From: Rebecca billardiae RCC1528
Taxonomy: Eukaryota > Protista > Haptophyta
Direction: 5' to 3'
Length of the DNA stretch: 64,000 bases
NCBI GenBank assembly: GCA_965240325.2
Contig: OZ251222.1
Coordinates: 2,170,001-2,234,000, forward strand
Shown here: positions 34,601-43,500 of the stretch, piece by piece
How positions within the stretch are numbered: position 1 is the first letter of the stretch
Layout: every line of letters starts with the position of its first letter
The notes under the pieces: generated by a model
The model's input: only the letters and a program-made list of their open reading frames with translations
Told to the model about the DNA's origin: nothing
Database searches by the model: none
Position numbers and translations under genes: made by a program

Positions 34601-36045
34601 TCGAAGCCAGATGGCCTATCCCTGGGCAGGAGCTCCTTCCGCAAGTGGTGGGTACCTTTCCGGTGCATCTCACGGGTGAGCTTGGCATAGCGTTCCTTGA
34701 TTCGAGCGGTCTCAAATCTGTGCTGGACACGCTCAAAGGCCATGAGGCAAGTTGTACATATCTGCTTGAGGTCGGCGAGCCACACCGCGATCTCGCGCTG
34801 GCTCAGCTGCCACAGCGCGTACAGGGTGGGGACACTGGCCTGGCCTGGCGGGGCAGTGCCCCCACCCGGCAGGGGCACCCCCATGTTTCGCTGTGCCATG
34901 GGATGAGCGGCGCGCGCTCCCCATATGTGCTCATGGGCACTGACTGCCCTCCTGCTGTTCGGCATGGCCAGCGAGCGGATCATCTTCCCCCTCTGTGCGG
35001 CTGTGGTGAGGCCTTCGAGGCACTCCGTGCGCCGGTGGGCCCTGCGCAGCTGCAGGATGCGAGTGACGGTGGCCACCATTCCCCTATACACTCTGTGCAT
35101 GGTCAGGTGGGACTGTGCCCGGGGGTCCACTGCCCGGTTCTGGGGCCCGCCCACTGGGCGCAGCGGCTCTTTGGGGGCCTGTGCTGGGTCAGCAGCCCCC
35201 ACTCCGTCCACAGCGAGGCTGGTAAGCTCTGCGAGCGTGTCAGGGAGGGCCTCCTCTGCCGCTGTGCGTGCTGCAGCGTCCATGTGCTCGTGGAAGTCAA
35301 TGAGGTTGTTGTCATTGTACAGAGGGTGCATGGTGCCACTGTCATCCGCTATTCTGGCCAGGGTTTGAGCAGCGGGGCCGCGGAGGGCCTGTACCACCTT
35401 GGCCCTATGCTGTGGGTCCGATGCGCTGAAGTAAAACCGGTGGGGCTGCCAACGCACGTGCACTTTCGGCCGTCGTATGTGGCCTAGCTTGCTGACAGGT
35501 ATGTCGGCGATCATGAAGAAATGGGTGCTCCTACCCTCGCCGGTGGTCTGGAGGGGGATGCCGAGCGCTGCAGCAGGGTCACTGTGCCTGACGTGGCAGG
35601 CCAGGTCAGCTCTGTTCGAGAGCATGTACGAGATGCGTGAGGCGGTATTGCCACACACGTGGGTGTACTCAGTAGCAGGGTCAAAGGTGCCTGGCGGCTT
35701 CATGTTGTGCATGCCAGTCAATGACTCCATCAGATTCCGGAAAGCGCACTGCGACTTGTTCTGATGCCTCCTGCGAGGGTCCAGGGCCACAGCCTCCCCC
35801 TGCTCCCAGACGGCGTTTGCATCGCCTGCTGCCATCCGTAGGGCATCTGTGCGCCCAGTGACCATGTCCGAATGCATTTCCAGGGTGTGGTGCAGGGCAG
35901 GGAGCACCGCGCTGCGCATGGCTGGGTTGCATGGGATATAGAAGCATGTGAGTTGGATGTGGTAGACATCCCCTGCTGCCGTGGCGAATATCAGGGTGCC
36001 CATCAGGAGGTGGCCTGCCACTGACTTGAGTGCATGGCACCCCCC
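28645..36045 (-). CDS. LINE polyprotein C-terminal part: rest of APE, RT, RNase H, zinc knuckle, OTU-like domain
   Basis: More than 2450 uninterrupted codons carrying the motifs listed for the element. Confidence 0.9.
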   Translation of the reverse strand, partial: GGCHALKSVAGHLLMGTLIFATAAGDVYHIQLTCFYIPCNPAMRSAVLPALHHTLEMHSDMVTGRTDALRMAAGDANAVWEQGEAVALDPRRRHQNKSQCAFRNLMESLTGMHNMKPPGTFDPATEYTHVCGNTASRISYMLSNRADLACHVRHSDPAAALGIPLQTTGEGRSTHFFMIADIPVSKLGHIRRPKVHVRWQPHRFYFSASDPQHRAKVVQALRGPAAQTLARIADDSGTMHPLYNDNNLIDFHEHMDAAARTAAEEALPDTLAELTSLAVDGVGAADPAQAPKEPLRPVGGPQNRAVDPRAQSHLTMHRVYRGMVATVTRILQLRRAHRRTECLEGLTTAAQRGKMIRSLAMPNSRRAVSAHEHIWGARAAHPMAQRNMGVPLPGGGTAPPGQASVPTLYALWQLSQREIAVWLADLKQICTTCLMAFERVQHRFETARIKERYAKLTREMHRKGTHHLRKELLPRDRPSGFELTLLRTTDPTTGRAGVTDDPARIKELAAAYTASNIGQPAERTPGPHPYEDEAIWRPIRDRWTPELVRAVTAPMRAEDLKRILGRAKSNGAPGLDKVQICSLKLVLEAQPALKTVLINCINTILHSTSPLPAHITQSEIVYFYKKGDALALSNYRGIALQSVIYKMAAAHRASQIQHVCNRLGLLRPEQAASRAGGQGDLHVAALTAAIAHAKRHNRELHITACDIAKAYDSVPISSLRQALALHGFPPQLIASLDRLDEGSTAVTRTPHGLTGPVPIRRGCKQGCPLSPIKFCLFMNMFIQWFTATSATGYTFQLDATARLPQRGPPTARIQVQGYMDDLALVAATAAENTAQLEALHKFLAAHGMVLNHAKCVHAYRPARTPRGGRACPPAGPAAPLFPRAGQAVATVPTLDPAHRESFAYLGYHLNMELAWGAHSRKVAERLQKAAWRVGVAAMDPCCHTVMTGTLLQHDVVSTLDYKLSASKLTKDELRGMRTTILRPVWQRVGLPHASARIAACGPAKTWGIGPEDPQARDAGQKVTTLLKAANSLAADGHLTRSALGEWHACLHSPGFAPAAYPPFVEGGLRALNTCPAGAARWAPATYRELALLTLREVCGSRVEHIMDTYSNRLSRRKRSSRTARLNAILDMTVGATIEMAVPRAGPNLPGRAHTSMLEESILRDGGTSAAQMIRATNGGAAAAVLSLFTADGRRALRAYDPAQEWMCGRLAHALLDGLVDNWLTAPENFLLTGHLGPADRAAAHEREIPTDGRLPVRGLLADTDRLMAGVDGSYVPGRGQGAAAVAYALPLTPGGERHAITIFTATYPGEQSAQNSEIAAATLGVKVLSTIGVRHAHIGWDCDTALHHTLRARPDLTAPGESVPRQGTGTAAKLLSGSPHMVRLLRLLDICVPPASGHQWAFRHQQAGHAELDRLVGNTLAPRWSALDNAFCVSSAQCEALLRIVLGHAPGTPREAALRTVCNLCADWASKQVARGDRQASFALGPMVWLPYRVSLMEHCSATLLPSCPNQVRTRVMDRARRAALEAHAATPAAAAKYRLKLAGPDSDQEPDHQGGTPLPCDVSESTHSLQNQWCRERISKFVLRCAVGALVYNADAVAATPALADVRRRCTSSRATYALGTECLFCLKAGDPNPGPDSVHHVFHQCPHAHAQRNAEDRVGAAIRKASNGAIPQPEATRLAVQATLHPFYYAGKVTEATVTAVKQALAAHQPPGGQPVQYAAGMIHKPLALAASKIHDERRALSLSSAYAKTYDLDKYWALLHKQGRAAASQAEPAPAAEVAEPGPPAEDSPAPNELLQEQPAAAAPPAADAPASDAQAPAALGPGLAPAAASHPLPAQLLGPVPEGAAAEPPSAAHAGLAGAAMHGAQRGSRRRPRSPDADALAHQDDNGVSGPPAQQRRLAAAAGSTPRTAGPPIDDVAAGHSQHPARRRPAVQLPPMPAYVAVQPQWRGAASALLAAVGHAVYPTCMHGDCLLLAAMGYVEERAAAVGPCTAAYQAVRFLRAAAVDWVLGTAHLSRTHRLQLGLVDADGLEAISMSDSYRATYHGQGAQPTLHEFAEPLRAAASYGANGGLAAGGASRYWPTVMIPAVAAVMGRDIAVFQPRASQTAPAGGTAGRPESSDAVGHLVACTLYRHVPRWSSMNNPVYTDPQRWQHPQGGSAGAPADPRQQQSVRERLLARDPTLAAVYFDGTGHYEPVLPLPSRPGLEDGERCPTSNRRGKQPRDRPDDCPEDHGTGAGDGPRRLPDSSALPPPSPAAGTGKRPMHRACTGSPQSPVALAPPLGHPPGCSQGGASSSAGAQAPPVAPRGDPPAVGRGPPAKRSRPDSDTLQQPLWPGAPAPDQPRAPTPAVPEAPPLRKSARLCQRRTRGSGMTAAPHQQNDASRAPGAPTQPAREKPAGADLGQQPYMQASMRGGVASVPAPARKRKQPDAPAHAADAPANPAPGNRTLPPALRPTRHTGAHIT

Positions 36046-38606
36046 TGCACTCTGATGTCCAGCTCAGCCATGGGCCTTGCAGGGTCCCTGCGGACAGCAA
36101 TGGCTACCCCTTTGCCCGAGCTCTTATGGTGAGCAGGGAGGGGGTCGTGGTATGTGGTGTACCCCTGTAGAATGTCTGGTGTGGCCAGGGCCTGCCGCAG
36201 GTTTGTCTCCTGTAGCATTACTATGTCCCACTGGTGGTCGTCCAGCAGGGTCTGGAGCATGGCCCTCCTGGATAGCTTGGCAATGCCCCCCACGTTGACG
36301 GACGCAATGGAGAGGCGCTGCCTGCCTGCACCAGGGCCTGGGTTCTTGGCCTCGCCTTGGCGCTGGCCATCGTCAGGGTCGCCGACACGCTGGTTGGACG
36401 TTGCATCCTCTGCTCGGGTAGGTTCGCAGCACTGAGGCCCAGCCCTGCCTGCTGCCCCTCCACTATGCCCTGCTGTGTCATGGCAGTGCTTCACACGCAG
36501 GTGCCACTTGTGCTTGGGGGGGACATGCATGAGCATGGTAATCAGAAACAAGACAGCCTGCTTATGTGGCGCTTGCTGACGCCTGCGCCTGGCCGAGGCA
36601 GCACCTCTGCAGGCACGCTGCCCGGCAGCTGTCCTGCCATTGCACTGCCCCTGTTGGCGGCAGTGGTGCCACTGGGGCGCCCTGCCCCACTGCCACTGGG
36701 GCTGGGGCAAGGCCAAGCACCTGCGCCTGCGAGTGCGCTTACATGCTCTGCTCCTGGGCAGGCCGACCCATGTTGTGCCATGCACCAGCATCAGCTCGCG
36801 CGGGTGGGCTCTGCGTGCCTGTCGCCAACCTGGGCAGGGAGACTCACCCCGTGCACGCCGGGCCACCTCCGACCAGTAGTTGCGGCAGGCTGGCACTGTC
36901 GCTGCCTCATCCCGACCGCGCGCAGTGCCAGTGCTGCGCGGCACGGCAGACTGCTTCATGTCACAGCAAACATCATCACAGACGACCGCTGCTGTGGCGG
37001 GGGGCAGAGTGAGGCGACTGCGTAGTGCCAACAGCAGTAGCCAGGCAAGCACCTCAGCCATTATTCCTGCTGAGAGCACGGCCAGTGCTGGCTGTGCTCG
37101 CACGACGACGGTGACGAACGTCGGCCACACTGGGGGGGGCAGGGAGGCCAGGCCCAGCTCAGTCAAGCAGCCAGCAGCCGGCATCCGTGTGATCTGCATC
37201 AACACCAGCAGTGCTGCCACCACAGCGTGGGCCAGCCATACGATCCGGGCAGCGTGGTCGAAAGCGACGGGGCGAGACGAAGTGCCCACCTCGGCATTTA
37301 CCTTCTCCGCCGCCTGGTCGCCAGCGAGCACGGTGGCCGTGGAGGCCATGTCGTGCGGCAGCATGCGGCCCGTGTCCTCGGCCATCGCCGCTGCCGCCCT
37401 TCGCATCCTGTCATCGGGGAGAGTAGCGACGGCGTTGCCTTTGGCGCAGTGCACGTGCGCGTTCGGCAAGCCCGGCTCGGCCGATGCCTGCGCCCCCGCG
37501 CCAGGCGTCTTGGCCCGAGCACCAGCACCGGCCCGCTGCGCGCGCGCGCCGCGGCGCCGTTTACCCAGCAACGGAGTATGCTGTGGCGGGTCTGTCTGAG
37601 GTGTGGCATCATCGTCCGCACTCTCATCAGTCGCGAGGCAATGGTATCTCCCTCCGGTACTCATACTTGAAGGCGCATTCATCACAGCAATTACTTGCCG
37701 GGCCATACCCGCGGCGCCAGGCGGCGCCACAGGTGCTTCGTCATGGGCTCCCCACGAGGCGTGATAGTCATCACCCTGGGGCGCTGCTTTACCCACCTTA
37801 GGTATCGTTGCACGCTGGCGTTGCCCTCGCCGTCGGGACGAATGTCGGGCTTTCACCAGCCTCCAACCGTCATTTTCGTCGCCTGGCCAGCTCTCAGCAC
37901 CGAGGATGAGTCTAGCCCGGCCGGTGTCAGCAGGGCTGCGAAAGGCTCCGCAGGCAGCCGGCCAGGCTGGGCACGGCGGGACCGAGGGCCCGTCCTGAAC
38001 CAGCGCCACTGTCTGCCCCCGGGCATCGCCTACGACGTAGCCTGTGCACGGCAGCTCATCAGCCAGTGTCTGCTTGCTCGCTGGCAGCAAGCAGCGGTCA
38101 TCCAGGCCATATCCACGGTGCGGGTGTCGCAGTAGTAGCTGCGCTGTCCCAGCCCCAGGGGCATGGCAGTCGGGTGTCACACCTAGTAAGCCGGTGGGGG
38201 CTGCACGTTTTAGGCCTGTGTGGGCCGAGGTGGTTTTGCCCCATCGGGCGGTGTTGTGGGCACGCAGGCTCAGCAGGCTGAGCCTGCACCCGGAGGACTC
38301 GGCGAGCGCGCTGGCGATGGGCCTGGCCGAGGATGTCCGGCTGGCTGTCACTTGCGCCGCCTGCACGTTGGAGCGCGGCAGCACGTTGGAGGGAGCATGT
38401 TGAGGGTCAGACCGTACGCCGTGGCGCCGCTGACCTTGCCCCGTGCCGTCCGTGGGCGGTGGGATCTTGTCAATGTCGAGGTCGTCGAATCGCGTCGGCC
38501 GCGTGCGCATTGGCGATGCACTCTGCGCGGTGGCAAGCGAGGCTGGTGGAGCGCTCGGCTCGGGGAGGAGAACGGATGGGCAGGCAGGGCCTCCCCACTC
38601 CGTCAT
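36003..38606 (-). CDS. LINE polyprotein N-terminal part: low-complexity region, hydrophobic segments, 2A-like GEAKNPGP, first half of APE
   Basis: 867-aa ORF ending inside the APE domain; continues in the -1 frame. Confidence 0.7.
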   Translation of the reverse strand: MTEWGGPACPSVLLPEPSAPPASLATAQSASPMRTRPTRFDDLDIDKIPPPTDGTGQGQRRHGVRSDPQHAPSNVLPRSNVQAAQVTASRTSSARPIASALAESSGCRLSLLSLRAHNTARWGKTTSAHTGLKRAAPTGLLGVTPDCHAPGAGTAQLLLRHPHRGYGLDDRCLLPASKQTLADELPCTGYVVGDARGQTVALVQDGPSVPPCPAWPAACGAFRSPADTGRARLILGAESWPGDENDGWRLVKARHSSRRRGQRQRATIPKVGKAAPQGDDYHASWGAHDEAPVAPPGAAGMARQVIAVMNAPSSMSTGGRYHCLATDESADDDATPQTDPPQHTPLLGKRRRGARAQRAGAGARAKTPGAGAQASAEPGLPNAHVHCAKGNAVATLPDDRMRRAAAAMAEDTGRMLPHDMASTATVLAGDQAAEKVNAEVGTSSRPVAFDHAARIVWLAHAVVAALLVLMQITRMPAAGCLTELGLASLPPPVWPTFVTVVVRAQPALAVLSAGIMAEVLAWLLLLALRSRLTLPPATAAVVCDDVCCDMKQSAVPRSTGTARGRDEAATVPACRNYWSEVARRARGESPCPGWRQARRAHPRELMLVHGTTWVGLPRSRACKRTRRRRCLALPQPQWQWGRAPQWHHCRQQGQCNGRTAAGQRACRGAASARRRRQQAPHKQAVLFLITMLMHVPPKHKWHLRVKHCHDTAGHSGGAAGRAGPQCCEPTRAEDATSNQRVGDPDDGQRQGEAKNPGPGAGRQRLSIASVNVGGIAKLSRRAMLQTLLDDHQWDIVMLQETNLRQALATPDILQGYTTYHDPLPAHHKSSGKGVAIAVRRDPARPMAELDIRVQGGAMHSSQWQATS

Positions 38607-38636
38607 GCGCGCCCGCGCAGGTTGTGGGGGTCGTGC

Positions 38637-40031
38637 CTACGCACGCGGCGCCGCCGCCTCGCGCCCTCGGGGGCGAAGCGTGGCCATCATGGAACGTAAC
38701 GACAGTACAGTCAAGGGAGGTCTACTCGCGCCAGCGGCGGTGCCGCGGATGCGCCAGAGCGGGCGTGCGCGCCGTTGGATGGCGCGCGCGGCCCGCTGGC
38801 GTCGTAGCCGCGCGTGAGCGACGGCAAACGCCACGTCTCGCCAGCCCGATTCCGCCTTCGAGGCGCGAGCGACAGCGGAGAGCGCTCGCAGCTCAGCCGC
38901 GGCTGGTGCCTCGAGCAGATGCAGTGGCGGCGCGCGGCTGTGTCGGAGCAGCCAAGCGCGCGCGATGGTCGTCATCGCCACGTCGAGCAGCGCGACGTCG
39001 TCGGTGGAGACGAGCGTGCGAGCGTCGGGCACGCGCAACGCCGAGCACGCGGCGCGCACGCTCGCGACCCACGCCTCGCGTCGTGCGCCCTCTGCCCCAC
39101 CACCGTCCGCGAGCTCCACTGCTGCGCGCACACCGTCGAGCGCGCGGCGCTGCTCGGCGATCGCCTTGCGCATGATAGAAGCCTTGTTGAGGTTGGCTTG
39201 GCGCGGTGCGGCCGGACGCTCGCCCGCGCGTGCGCCGGGCGAGGCGCGTGACGGCCGGCTCCGAGATTTGGACCTGCTGCGGCCTCGCCGCCTGCGCGTG
39301 CGCTCCCGGCCGCCGCCACCAAAGATGCGCTGGCGCCCTTGCGCGAACACATGCCGGCCAGCTCCGCTTCGGCGGGCGCGTGCGCGCACGCGCTCACGTG
39401 CGCGCTGCGCTTGTGCCGCGCGCGCGCGTCGCCTCGCCAGGCGCGCCTCCGTGGCCAGCGCCCGATCGCGTGTGCGCGCGTCCGTGAGCGCGTGTTGCTG
39501 CTCGGCAACGGCACGCCGGCGTGCCACGTCCAGCGCGCGTTGCGCGCGTGCGAGAACGTGATGCATGTGCGCGGGCACGGCGCGTGTGACGCGCTCGAGC
39601 ACAGCAATCTGGGTGCCCGTCTCGTCGGAGGCGTCGACACCCGGCAAATCGAGCCCGCGCGTCGCGCGCGGCTGTCGCCTAGCGGGCACCGGGCGGGGAC
39701 GGCCCTGCGCCTCGCGCAGCGCGCGCCAGACGCACGCACGAGCGTCGGGCATGTGCGCGGGCGTGCGGCGCAGCGCGCGTGTGAACATGGCGATGTGCGT
39801 CTCCGTCGCGTCGAGGGGGTCGACGCCCGCCATGTGCAGCCCGCGCGTCGCGAGCGGCTCCGTCGGCATCCCGGCCGATTCACGCCGGACCACGCCACGT
39901 GCGAACGGAATTGCACGCTGGACCTCCTCTCGTGGGCCGTGCATCCACTCTGGGACGCAGGCCGACGTACGGCAAAGAGCTTCGAGGACAAGCGCGGCCG
40001 GGCTCGGCGGCTTCGGCGGTTTTTCGGCCAT
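38637..40031 (-). CDS. Hypothetical protein with duplicated ~55-aa module and IQ-like motif
   Basis: ATG 40031; two ATRGL..GVD..D.T.T.IA...R....PAHM modules; AARAIQRRAR; may contain an unrecognised intron. Confidence 0.45.
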   Translation of the reverse strand: MAEKPPKPPSPAALVLEALCRTSACVPEWMHGPREEVQRAIPFARGVVRRESAGMPTEPLATRGLHMAGVDPLDATETHIAMFTRALRRTPAHMPDARACVWRALREAQGRPRPVPARRQPRATRGLDLPGVDASDETGTQIAVLERVTRAVPAHMHHVLARAQRALDVARRRAVAEQQHALTDARTRDRALATEARLARRRARAAQAQRARERVRARARRSGAGRHVFAQGRQRIFGGGGRERTRRRRGRSRSKSRSRPSRASPGARAGERPAAPRQANLNKASIMRKAIAEQRRALDGVRAAVELADGGGAEGARREAWVASVRAACSALRVPDARTLVSTDDVALLDVAMTTIARAWLLRHSRAPPLHLLEAPAAAELRALSAVARASKAESGWRDVAFAVAHARLRRQRAARAIQRRARPLWRIRGTAAGASRPPLTVLSLRSMMATLRPRGREAAAPRA

Positions 40032-40513
40032 CGCGGCCACCGCCGTTGCGCCGGCCAGGGCCGCGAGGGCCACACGTCTCGTCGTCAGCAAAAACTCGGG
40101 GTGCACCGCGGATGCTCGTGGTCGGTTATCGAAACGGCAAGGCGTTCCGCACGGCATAGGATAGCACGAATGGCATATGCGAGTGAGTACCTCTCCACAC
40201 ATTCTTGTAGGTTGTCCTAGGAGGACCGTTTGTATGAAAGTAAACGATTTCGCACATACGAAGATTGGACGCCTCGCGCGCGAACAATGTCGTATTTGCA
40301 AATATGGTAGAGGAGTCGGGGGGGGAGCATCAGGTAAAAGTGTGTTGTGCGTAAGAATAAGAGACGCACACAGCTCAGGCACTCAGGCAGGCGCGAGATT
40401 ATTAGGGCAGGGACGAAGTCATTGGCAAGGGCCATTGGCAAGTCGCTCCAACCGCCTCCAACGACTCAACGAACGGAGCGCTGCCAGCCGCTGCCAGGCC
40501 TTCTGCGCTCACG

Positions 40514-43500
40514 TCACCAATCGAAGTCGTTGACAAGATCGTCGAAGCCTGCTGTGCCAGCGGCTTTGGGGGGGCGTGGTTCTTCCGTCCTTGGCTTGGA
40601 AGGAGGTGCTGGCTGCCCGGTGCTCGGTTCGGGAGGCTGGACGAGATCGTGATGAGCCACAGGCGCAGCCGATGTCGTGACGTGCGACTCGACTGGCTCT
40701 GTCCAGCCCCAATCGTCGTCGTCGTCATCGACAAGAGCAACTCCCACAGCCCGCTGTTGCATTGAGCCAGATGTGTCCGACGGCGTGGCCGAAGTTGGTC
40801 CTGTGCTGGGAGGTTGTGCCGAAGCGACCGAAGCCTGCCCAGCACTCGTCGTGCTCGCCGCATGAGCTGCCCGTGGTGGTGGCGCTGCCTCCTCCCACTG
40901 CTCTGCGTCCCAGTCGTCTGGCGCACGGCGCACGGCCGGCAGCTTCGTCTTGGAGGACGAGGCTGGCACCGTCGAAGACTGGTTGACGAGTGGCGCTATG
41001 CCACCGGTCATCGGAGGCCCCAACCGGCTAGAAGATGATGCTTCCGCCGCCTTGCGTGCCGCCGCTGCCTCCTCTGCGGCCTTGCTTGCAGCCGCCTCCT
41101 CCTCCGCAGCCTTGCGTGCCGCCACCTCCTCCGCGGCCTTGCGTGCCGCCGCCTCCTCCGCAGCCTTGCGTGCCGCCGCCTCCTCCGCGGCCTTGCGTGC
41201 CGCCGCCGCCTCCTCCGCGGCCTTGCGTGCCGCCGCCTCCTCCTCCGCAGCCTTGCTTGCCGCCGCCTCCTCCGCAGCCTTGCGTGCCGCCGCCTCCTCC
41301 GCAGCCTTGCGTGCCGCCTCCTCCTCCGCGGCATTGCGTGCCGCCGCCTCCTCCGCGGCCTTGCGTGCCGCCGCCTCCTCCGCGGCCTTGCGTGCCGCCG
41401 CCTCCTCCGCGGCCTTGCGTGCCGCCGCCTCCTCCGCGGCCTTGCGTGCCGCCGCCTCCTCCGCGGCCTTGCGTGCCGCCGCCTCCTCCGCGGCCTTGCG
41501 TGCCGCCGCCTCCTCCGCGGCCTTGCGTGCCGCCGCCTCCTCCGCAGCCTTGCGTGCCGCCGCCTCCTCCGCGGCCTTGCGTGCCGCCTCCTCCTCCGCG
41601 GCCTTGCGTGCCGCCGCCTCCTCCGCGGCCTTGCGTGCCGCCGCCTCCTCCGCGGCCTTGCGTGCCGCCGCCTCCTCCGCGGCCTTGCGTGCCGCCGCCT
41701 CCTCCGCGGCCTTGCGTGCCGCCGCCTCCTCCGCGGCCTTGCGTGCCGCCGCCTCCTCCGCGGCCTTGCGTGCCGCCGCCTCCTCCGCAGCCTTGCGTGC
41801 CGCCTCCTCCTCCGCGGCCTTGCGTGCCGCCTCCTCCTCCGCGGCCTTGCGTGCCGCCGCCTCCTTCTCAGCAGCCTTGCGTGCCGCCGCCTCCTCCGCG
41901 GCCTTGCGTGCCGCCTCCTCCTCCTCCGCGGCCTTGCGTGCCGCCTCCTCCTCCGCGGCCTTGCGTGCCGCCGCCTCCTTCTCAGCAGCCTTGCGTGCCG
42001 CCGCCTCCTCCGCGGCCTTGCGTGCCGCCGCCTCCTCCTCCGCGGCCTTGCGTGCCGCCTCCTCCTCCGCGGCCTTGCGTGCCGCCGCCTCCTCCTCCGC
42101 AGCCTTGCGTGCCGCCGCCTCCTCCGCGGCCTTGCGTGCCGCCGCCTCCTTCTCAGCAGCCTTGCGTGCCGCCTCCTCCTCCTCCGCGGCCTTGCGTGCC
42201 GCCTCCTCCTCCTCCGCGGCCTTGCGTGCCGCCGCCTCCTCCTCCGCGGCCTTGCGTGCCGCCGCCTCCTCCGCGGCCTTGCGTGCCGCCTCCTCCTCCT
42301 CCGCGGCCTTGCGTGCCGCCGCCTCCTCCGCGGCCTTGCGTGCCGCCGCCTCCTCCGCGGCCTTGCGTGCCGCCGCCTCCTCCTCCGCAGCCTTGCGTGC
42401 CGCCGCCTCCTCCGCTGCCTTGCGTGCCGCCGCCTCCTCCGCGGCCTTGCGTGCCGCCGCCGCCTCCGCGGCCTTGCGTGCCGCCTCCTCCTCCGCGGCC
42501 TTGCGTGCCGCCGCCTCCTCCGCGGCCTTGCGTGCCGCCGCCTCCTCCGCGGCCTTGCGTGCCGCCGCCTCCTCCGCGGCCTTGCGTGCCGCCGCCGCCT
42601 CCGCGGCCTTGCGTGCCGCCTCCTCCTCCGCGGCCTTGCGTGCCGCCTCCTCCTCCTCCGCGGCCTTGCGTGCCGCCGCCTCCTCCGCGGCCTTGCGTGC
42701 CGCCGCCTCCTCCGCGGCCTTGCGTGCCGCCTCCTCCTCCTCCGCGGCCTTGCGTGCCGCCGCCTCCTCCGCGGCCTTGCGTGCCGCCTCCTCCTCCTCC
42801 GCGGCCTTGCGTGCCGCCGCCTCCTCCGCGGCCTTGCGTGCCGCCGCCTCCTCCGCGGCCTTGCGTGCCGCCGCCTCCTCCGCGGCCTTGCGTGCCGCCG
42901 CCTCCTCCGCGGCCTTGCGTGCCGCCTCCTCCTCCTCCGCGGCCTTGCGTGCCGCCGCCTCCTCCGCGGCCTTGCGTGCCGCCTCCTCCTCCGCGGCCTT
43001 GCGTGCCGCCGCCTCCTCCGCGGCCTTGCGTGCCGCCGCCTCCTCCGCGGCCTTGCGTGCCGCCTCCTCCTCCTCCGCGGCCTTGCGTGCCGCCTCCTCC
43101 TCCTCCGCGGCCTTGCGTGCCGCCGCCTCCTCCGCGGCCTTGCGTGCCGCCGCCTCCTCCTCCGCGGCCTTGCGTGCCGCCGCCTCCTCCGCGGCCTTGC
43201 GTGCCGCCGCCTCCTCCGCGGCCTTGCGTGCCGCCGCCTCCTCCGCGGCCTTGCGTGCCGCCGCCTCCTCCGCGGCCTTGCGTGCCGCCGCCGCCTCCGC
43301 GGCCTTGCGTGCCGCCTCCTCCTCCTCCGCGGCCTTGCGTGCCGCCGCCTCCTCCGCAGCCTTGCGTGCCGCCGCCTCCTCCGCGGCCTTGCGTGCCGCC
43401 GCCGCCTCCTCCGCGGCCTTGCGTGCCGCCTCCTCCTCCTCCGCGGCCTTGCGTGCCGCCGCCTCCTCCGCAGCCTTGCGTGCCGCCGCCTCCTCCGCGG

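Larger units (their letters stand above)
28645..38606 (-). mobile_element. Non-LTR retrotransposon (APE-RT-RNase H-CCHC-OTU-like); exact ends not resolved
   Basis: Intronless, compositionally distinct; APE (SVNVGG, LQET, GDAN), RT (YRGIAL, DIAKAYDSV, GCKQGCPLSP, YMDD 33583-33594, YLG), RNase H (DGS 32227-32235, NSE, DC, NLCAD), CLFC..HVFHQC, L1-like IHDERR, OTU-like GDCLL..HYEP. Confidence 0.92.

Noticed and set aside
28630-40505. 12-bp inverted match CAGAAGGCCTGG / CCAGGCCTTCTG as possible TIRs
   Set aside because: Short, no target duplication, and inconsistent with a non-LTR element.
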